A stretch of DNA of 64,000 nucleotides from Deltaproteobacteria bacterium (GTDB lineage: Bacteria; JAGRBM01; JAHCIT01). Position numbers and translations under genes: made by a program. Within the stretch, counting starts at the first letter, position 1. Every line of letters starts with the position of its first letter. A model generated the notes under the pieces. That model saw nothing but the letters and a program-made list of their open reading frames with translations. It was not told the DNA's origin and searched no databases. Shown here piece after piece: positions 60,921-64,000 of the stretch. The stretch covers positions 1 to 64,000 of the forward strand of contig JAHCIT010000009.1 of assembly GCA_026129095.1 (NCBI GenBank), written 5' to 3'.

Positions 60921-63900
60921 CTAAAATGTCGAGCCGATAATTACCCGGAATGCCGTTTCCCCGCCAGAATCGAGGCCTTTGGCAATCGAGAGCCTGACAC
61001 GCATGGGCAGATAGTACAACACCCGGCCGTCCATCCAGACTTCACCACCCGTCCCCTTGGAAAACCGGGAGGTGTCGAACTGCCCGCGATCCCATGCCTG
61101 TCCGGCATCAAAGAACCCGATCAGGCGGATACTGTCCAGATGTAATGGCAAGGTACGGATTCCCCGGTGTACCCGCCAGAGTGTCCAGCGGTATTCAGCG
61201 TTGAATGCCAGGAAACGATCCCCGGCAAAGCTGGCATCAGGATATCCGCGAAGGAGCGGTATCCGGCCGCTCGTCAGCACAGCGGGCCCCTCCCCTATCG
61301 GTCCGCCCAGTACGAATGGCCGGACCATGATTCTGGGCTTGAAACTCGTGCCTGCCGCGCTTCGAAGGGCAATCGACTGCCGGGAAACGAACGGCACTGG
61401 CAGATATACCCGGCCATCAACCGATACATTCGCACCAGTCCGGTCGGAACCGGCCTCCTTCAGCACGCCTTCAGCCGCCGCGCTCAGATTGATTCCCTTG
61501 CGCGGCCCGGGGCTTTGTGGCGAATACTGGAGGGACGAATAGTCGGCAACGATCCGCGTCCCGACGAGATCAAGCGCACGGAACAGTTCCGGGTTCACAC
61601 CCGGACGCGAGGCTGCCAAGGCCGTCAGTGCACCATCGAAATCACGGCGGCGTTCATAGAAAGCCGTCGCCGAGACAGAGAGCCCCTGACGGGCATCCTC
61701 CAGAAAAGGCACTTGTGCCACAGATAGTGCCGCACTTGTGGTAAACCCGCCACTAACCCGAACCCGGTCGTTCCAGAGATCGCGCTCCTCTTCAATCGTG
61801 CTGCCTCCGCTGCCGATGCGTGGAACCCGCGCCCGCCCAAAAGAAACAAGATCGCGGGAAAACTGCACGTATGGCAGGGGGCGTCCAGGGACCGGCAACC
61901 GGTGCCCACCCGCCGTGAAAAAGGCCCGTGGAGCTTCACTGTTCAGCCCCCAGTATACGGTTCCGGACCAAAACCCCCGGCGAAGGATATCCTGTCCGCC
62001 GGTAAACCCGCCCACCAGAAAGTCATTTGGGGTCTGCGCCCAGAGCGGAAGCCAGAAACGGGGCAGGAACATCGGCCACGGCGAGTAAGGCCGGGGTTCG
62101 ACGTTCGCCACGGGGACAACAGGAGGCAGGGGTAACGGCGCCCCGGTCCGGTAATGATGACCGGGAACCGGCATCGCATCCTCCACCCTGACTACCGAAA
62201 CCCCCTCGCCACGGCCCAGATACTCCCGGTAAGCGACCCGGCTACCGTCTGGAGAAACCGCTGGGTCGAGTGCACCACCCACGGCATCTGTCAGCTGGCC
62301 GGTTTCTCCGGATTGCGGATCAACCACATAGACGTTGAATACCCCGCTCACGTCACTGGAAAAAACGATCCAGCCGTTAGGCAGGAATACCGGCTGGATA
62401 TTGCGGGCACCGGTAAAACCGAGAACTGCCTGTTCCTCGAAGGCTGTCGCCTCCATCAGAACCAGCTGAACCACGCCTGCTCGCCGGCGGGCGGCTATGA
62501 GATGTTTGCCATCTGGTGAAAACGATGGTGAGGACCAGACTACTCCGGACTCGGCAGCGCGAACGACCACCGGCTCACTGGTGCCATCACCGACCAGAAG
62601 TTCCGTGACTGGCGGACGGTTCCGAACGAACGCCCACCGGTTTCCGCCGGGATGAACGGCCGCTTCGAATCCTCGCAGGCCGCCTTCAAATGGCTCCAGT
62701 TTCTCCCCCGTCCACCGGAACAGGGAACTCAGGTGAACGCCGGGACGTGGATGCACCACCCGCTCGATCAGCCAGGCGCCGCCCGCTTCAGGCGGTTGCA
62801 CAACGCTCCGGAACCGGCCTGGATACCGCATCTCCATGCTGTCCGAATCGATTTCACTGCCCGTATCCGGATCCAGATACCAGGTACGCAATCCCCGGTC
62901 AGGATCCAGCCCGCGCACCATGATCCCCTGCCGGAGCCAGCGAAGACCTGTCAGATGACCTTCCAGATTCATTATTGGCAGAGGCGTAGACGGCGGACGC
63001 TTGCTCGCAGCAGCACTGGCCGCCTCGGCACGAAGTTCACGATGCCACGCATCCCATAGTTCCCGGAATCCCCGCCCGCAGACCTGCGAAATGGACTGCT
63101 CAATGAGAAACGGCACCAGTTTACGGGAATGACGGACGACCATCTCTTCCACGGCCCCCTCAGGGCAGGTCCTGTCAAGGTAATCAATGAATGCCGCGCC
63201 ATAGAGATAGGGCCCCAGTCCGCCGGGATATGGCACGCCCAGTACGGAAACCTCATCCGGCTGGGGTAGGGCATTTCTCAGTGCGGCCGCCCGTATCAGG
63301 CCACGCGCCAGCGGGTCCACCACCCGACCTATCCGGCCCGCATTGGCGTTGTCAGGTTTTGATTCCTGCCATACAGCCAGTCCTTCAATGACGAACACCG
63401 GTACGGAAGCCCCGGGAGAACCGAGTCCCGGGGCATTGCCAAAAAGGAACCGGGGGATGCTTGCCCAACCTTCCGTCCGGTCGAGATGGTGAATATGGGT
63501 CAGTTCGTGCCGGACAAGCAGGTCGATCCAGTCGTCATATCCAGACAGATACTCCCCTTCCCGGGGAGCGGACAGGAATATCTGCACCTGAGGATAGGGA
63601 AACGGAACGGCAAACCCATTGGGATCGTCGCTAATATCGTTGACTACAAGCCGGACCGGTGCCGAAGGAATCCAGTTGAAACGTTCGGCCACAAGGCGGG
63701 CCGAGCGTTCCGCACGGGCCAGCACTTCACGGCCCTGGGCCTCATCGCGCTCAGGCACATAAACCCAGACCCGCTCCCCCCGAAGCTCGATCCACGGAAC
63801 GGATGTATCGGGAGGCTCAAAAAGCTCGACTTCCTGCGCCACTGCACGACTGCACGACAGGATCACAACAGCCAAGGGTATCGCCAGAAACGGGACGGCC

Positions 63901-63923
63901 AGGCGGAAGCAGGTATTGGACAC
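60921..63923 (-). CDS. Omp85-family protein with N-terminal gluzincin-like domain and TolB/PD40 propeller
   Basis: HELTH...EGLA; PSFSPDG and PAVSPDG repeats; LRGYP, AEYR, FFDAG and C-terminal F. Confidence 0.8.
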   Translation of the reverse strand: MSNTCFRLAVPFLAIPLAVVILSCSRAVAQEVELFEPPDTSVPWIELRGERVWVYVPERDEAQGREVLARAERSARLVAERFNWIPSAPVRLVVNDISDDPNGFAVPFPYPQVQIFLSAPREGEYLSGYDDWIDLLVRHELTHIHHLDRTEGWASIPRFLFGNAPGLGSPGASVPVFVIEGLAVWQESKPDNANAGRIGRVVDPLARGLIRAAALRNALPQPDEVSVLGVPYPGGLGPYLYGAAFIDYLDRTCPEGAVEEMVVRHSRKLVPFLIEQSISQVCGRGFRELWDAWHRELRAEAASAAASKRPPSTPLPIMNLEGHLTGLRWLRQGIMVRGLDPDRGLRTWYLDPDTGSEIDSDSMEMRYPGRFRSVVQPPEAGGAWLIERVVHPRPGVHLSSLFRWTGEKLEPFEGGLRGFEAAVHPGGNRWAFVRNRPPVTELLVGDGTSEPVVVRAAESGVVWSSPSFSPDGKHLIAARRRAGVVQLVLMEATAFEEQAVLGFTGARNIQPVFLPNGWIVFSSDVSGVFNVYVVDPQSGETGQLTDAVGGALDPAVSPDGSRVAYREYLGRGEGVSVVRVEDAMPVPGHHYRTGAPLPLPPVVPVANVEPRPYSPWPMFLPRFWLPLWAQTPNDFLVGGFTGGQDILRRGFWSGTVYWGLNSEAPRAFFTAGGHRLPVPGRPLPYVQFSRDLVSFGRARVPRIGSGGSTIEEERDLWNDRVRVSGGFTTSAALSVAQVPFLEDARQGLSVSATAFYERRRDFDGALTALAASRPGVNPELFRALDLVGTRIVADYSSLQYSPQSPGPRKGINLSAAAEGVLKEAGSDRTGANVSVDGRVYLPVPFVSRQSIALRSAAGTSFKPRIMVRPFVLGGPIGEGPAVLTSGRIPLLRGYPDASFAGDRFLAFNAEYRWTLWRVHRGIRTLPLHLDSIRLIGFFDAGQAWDRGQFDTSRFSKGTGGEVWMDGRVLYYLPMRVRLSIAKGLDSGGETAFRVIIGSTF

Positions 63924-64000
63924 GCGGGAACTATAAAGCTGGCTTTCCAGTGGTCAAACGAACCCCTATTCGTTCCGGGACACAAGTTATGGAAGTGCCG

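Noticed and set aside
60921-63923. Calling this gene bamA
   Set aside because: No POTRA repeats are recognisable; the N-terminal architecture differs.

Overview
GC-rich bacterial chromosomal segment, mostly housekeeping. Gene order and protein signatures (split atp operon preceded by a bactofilin, SpoIID-queA-tgt-yajC-secDF, stand-alone MshEN and GYF-like proteins) suggest a deltaproteobacterial/Myxococcota-like organism; this is inference. Contents in order: tRNA-Ser(TGA), TlpA-like protein, ferredoxin-NADP reductase, patatin, a Cys/His-rich envelope gene trio, nucleoside salvage operon (pdp-punA-cdd-hpt), atpF'FHAGDC, a CopA-like ATPase, malQ-glgB, two CoA transferases, mnmA-rnc-era-der, rpmH-rnpA-yidD-yidC-jag, ppiA, lemA-htpX, and an Omp85/YfgM/BamB-like trio. 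The stand-out is a 7.4-kb operon (43649-51035, minus strand) of four tandem, diverged B12-binding radical SAM paralogs. Each carries the same ~150-aa C-terminal beta-rich domain. The operon has a strongly base-paired 5' leader, is followed by an AmgK-like sugar kinase, and sits divergently from rpmH where dnaA is usually found. I recognised no CRISPR array, transposase, integrase or rRNA. Family assignments come from motif recognition by eye, not database searches.
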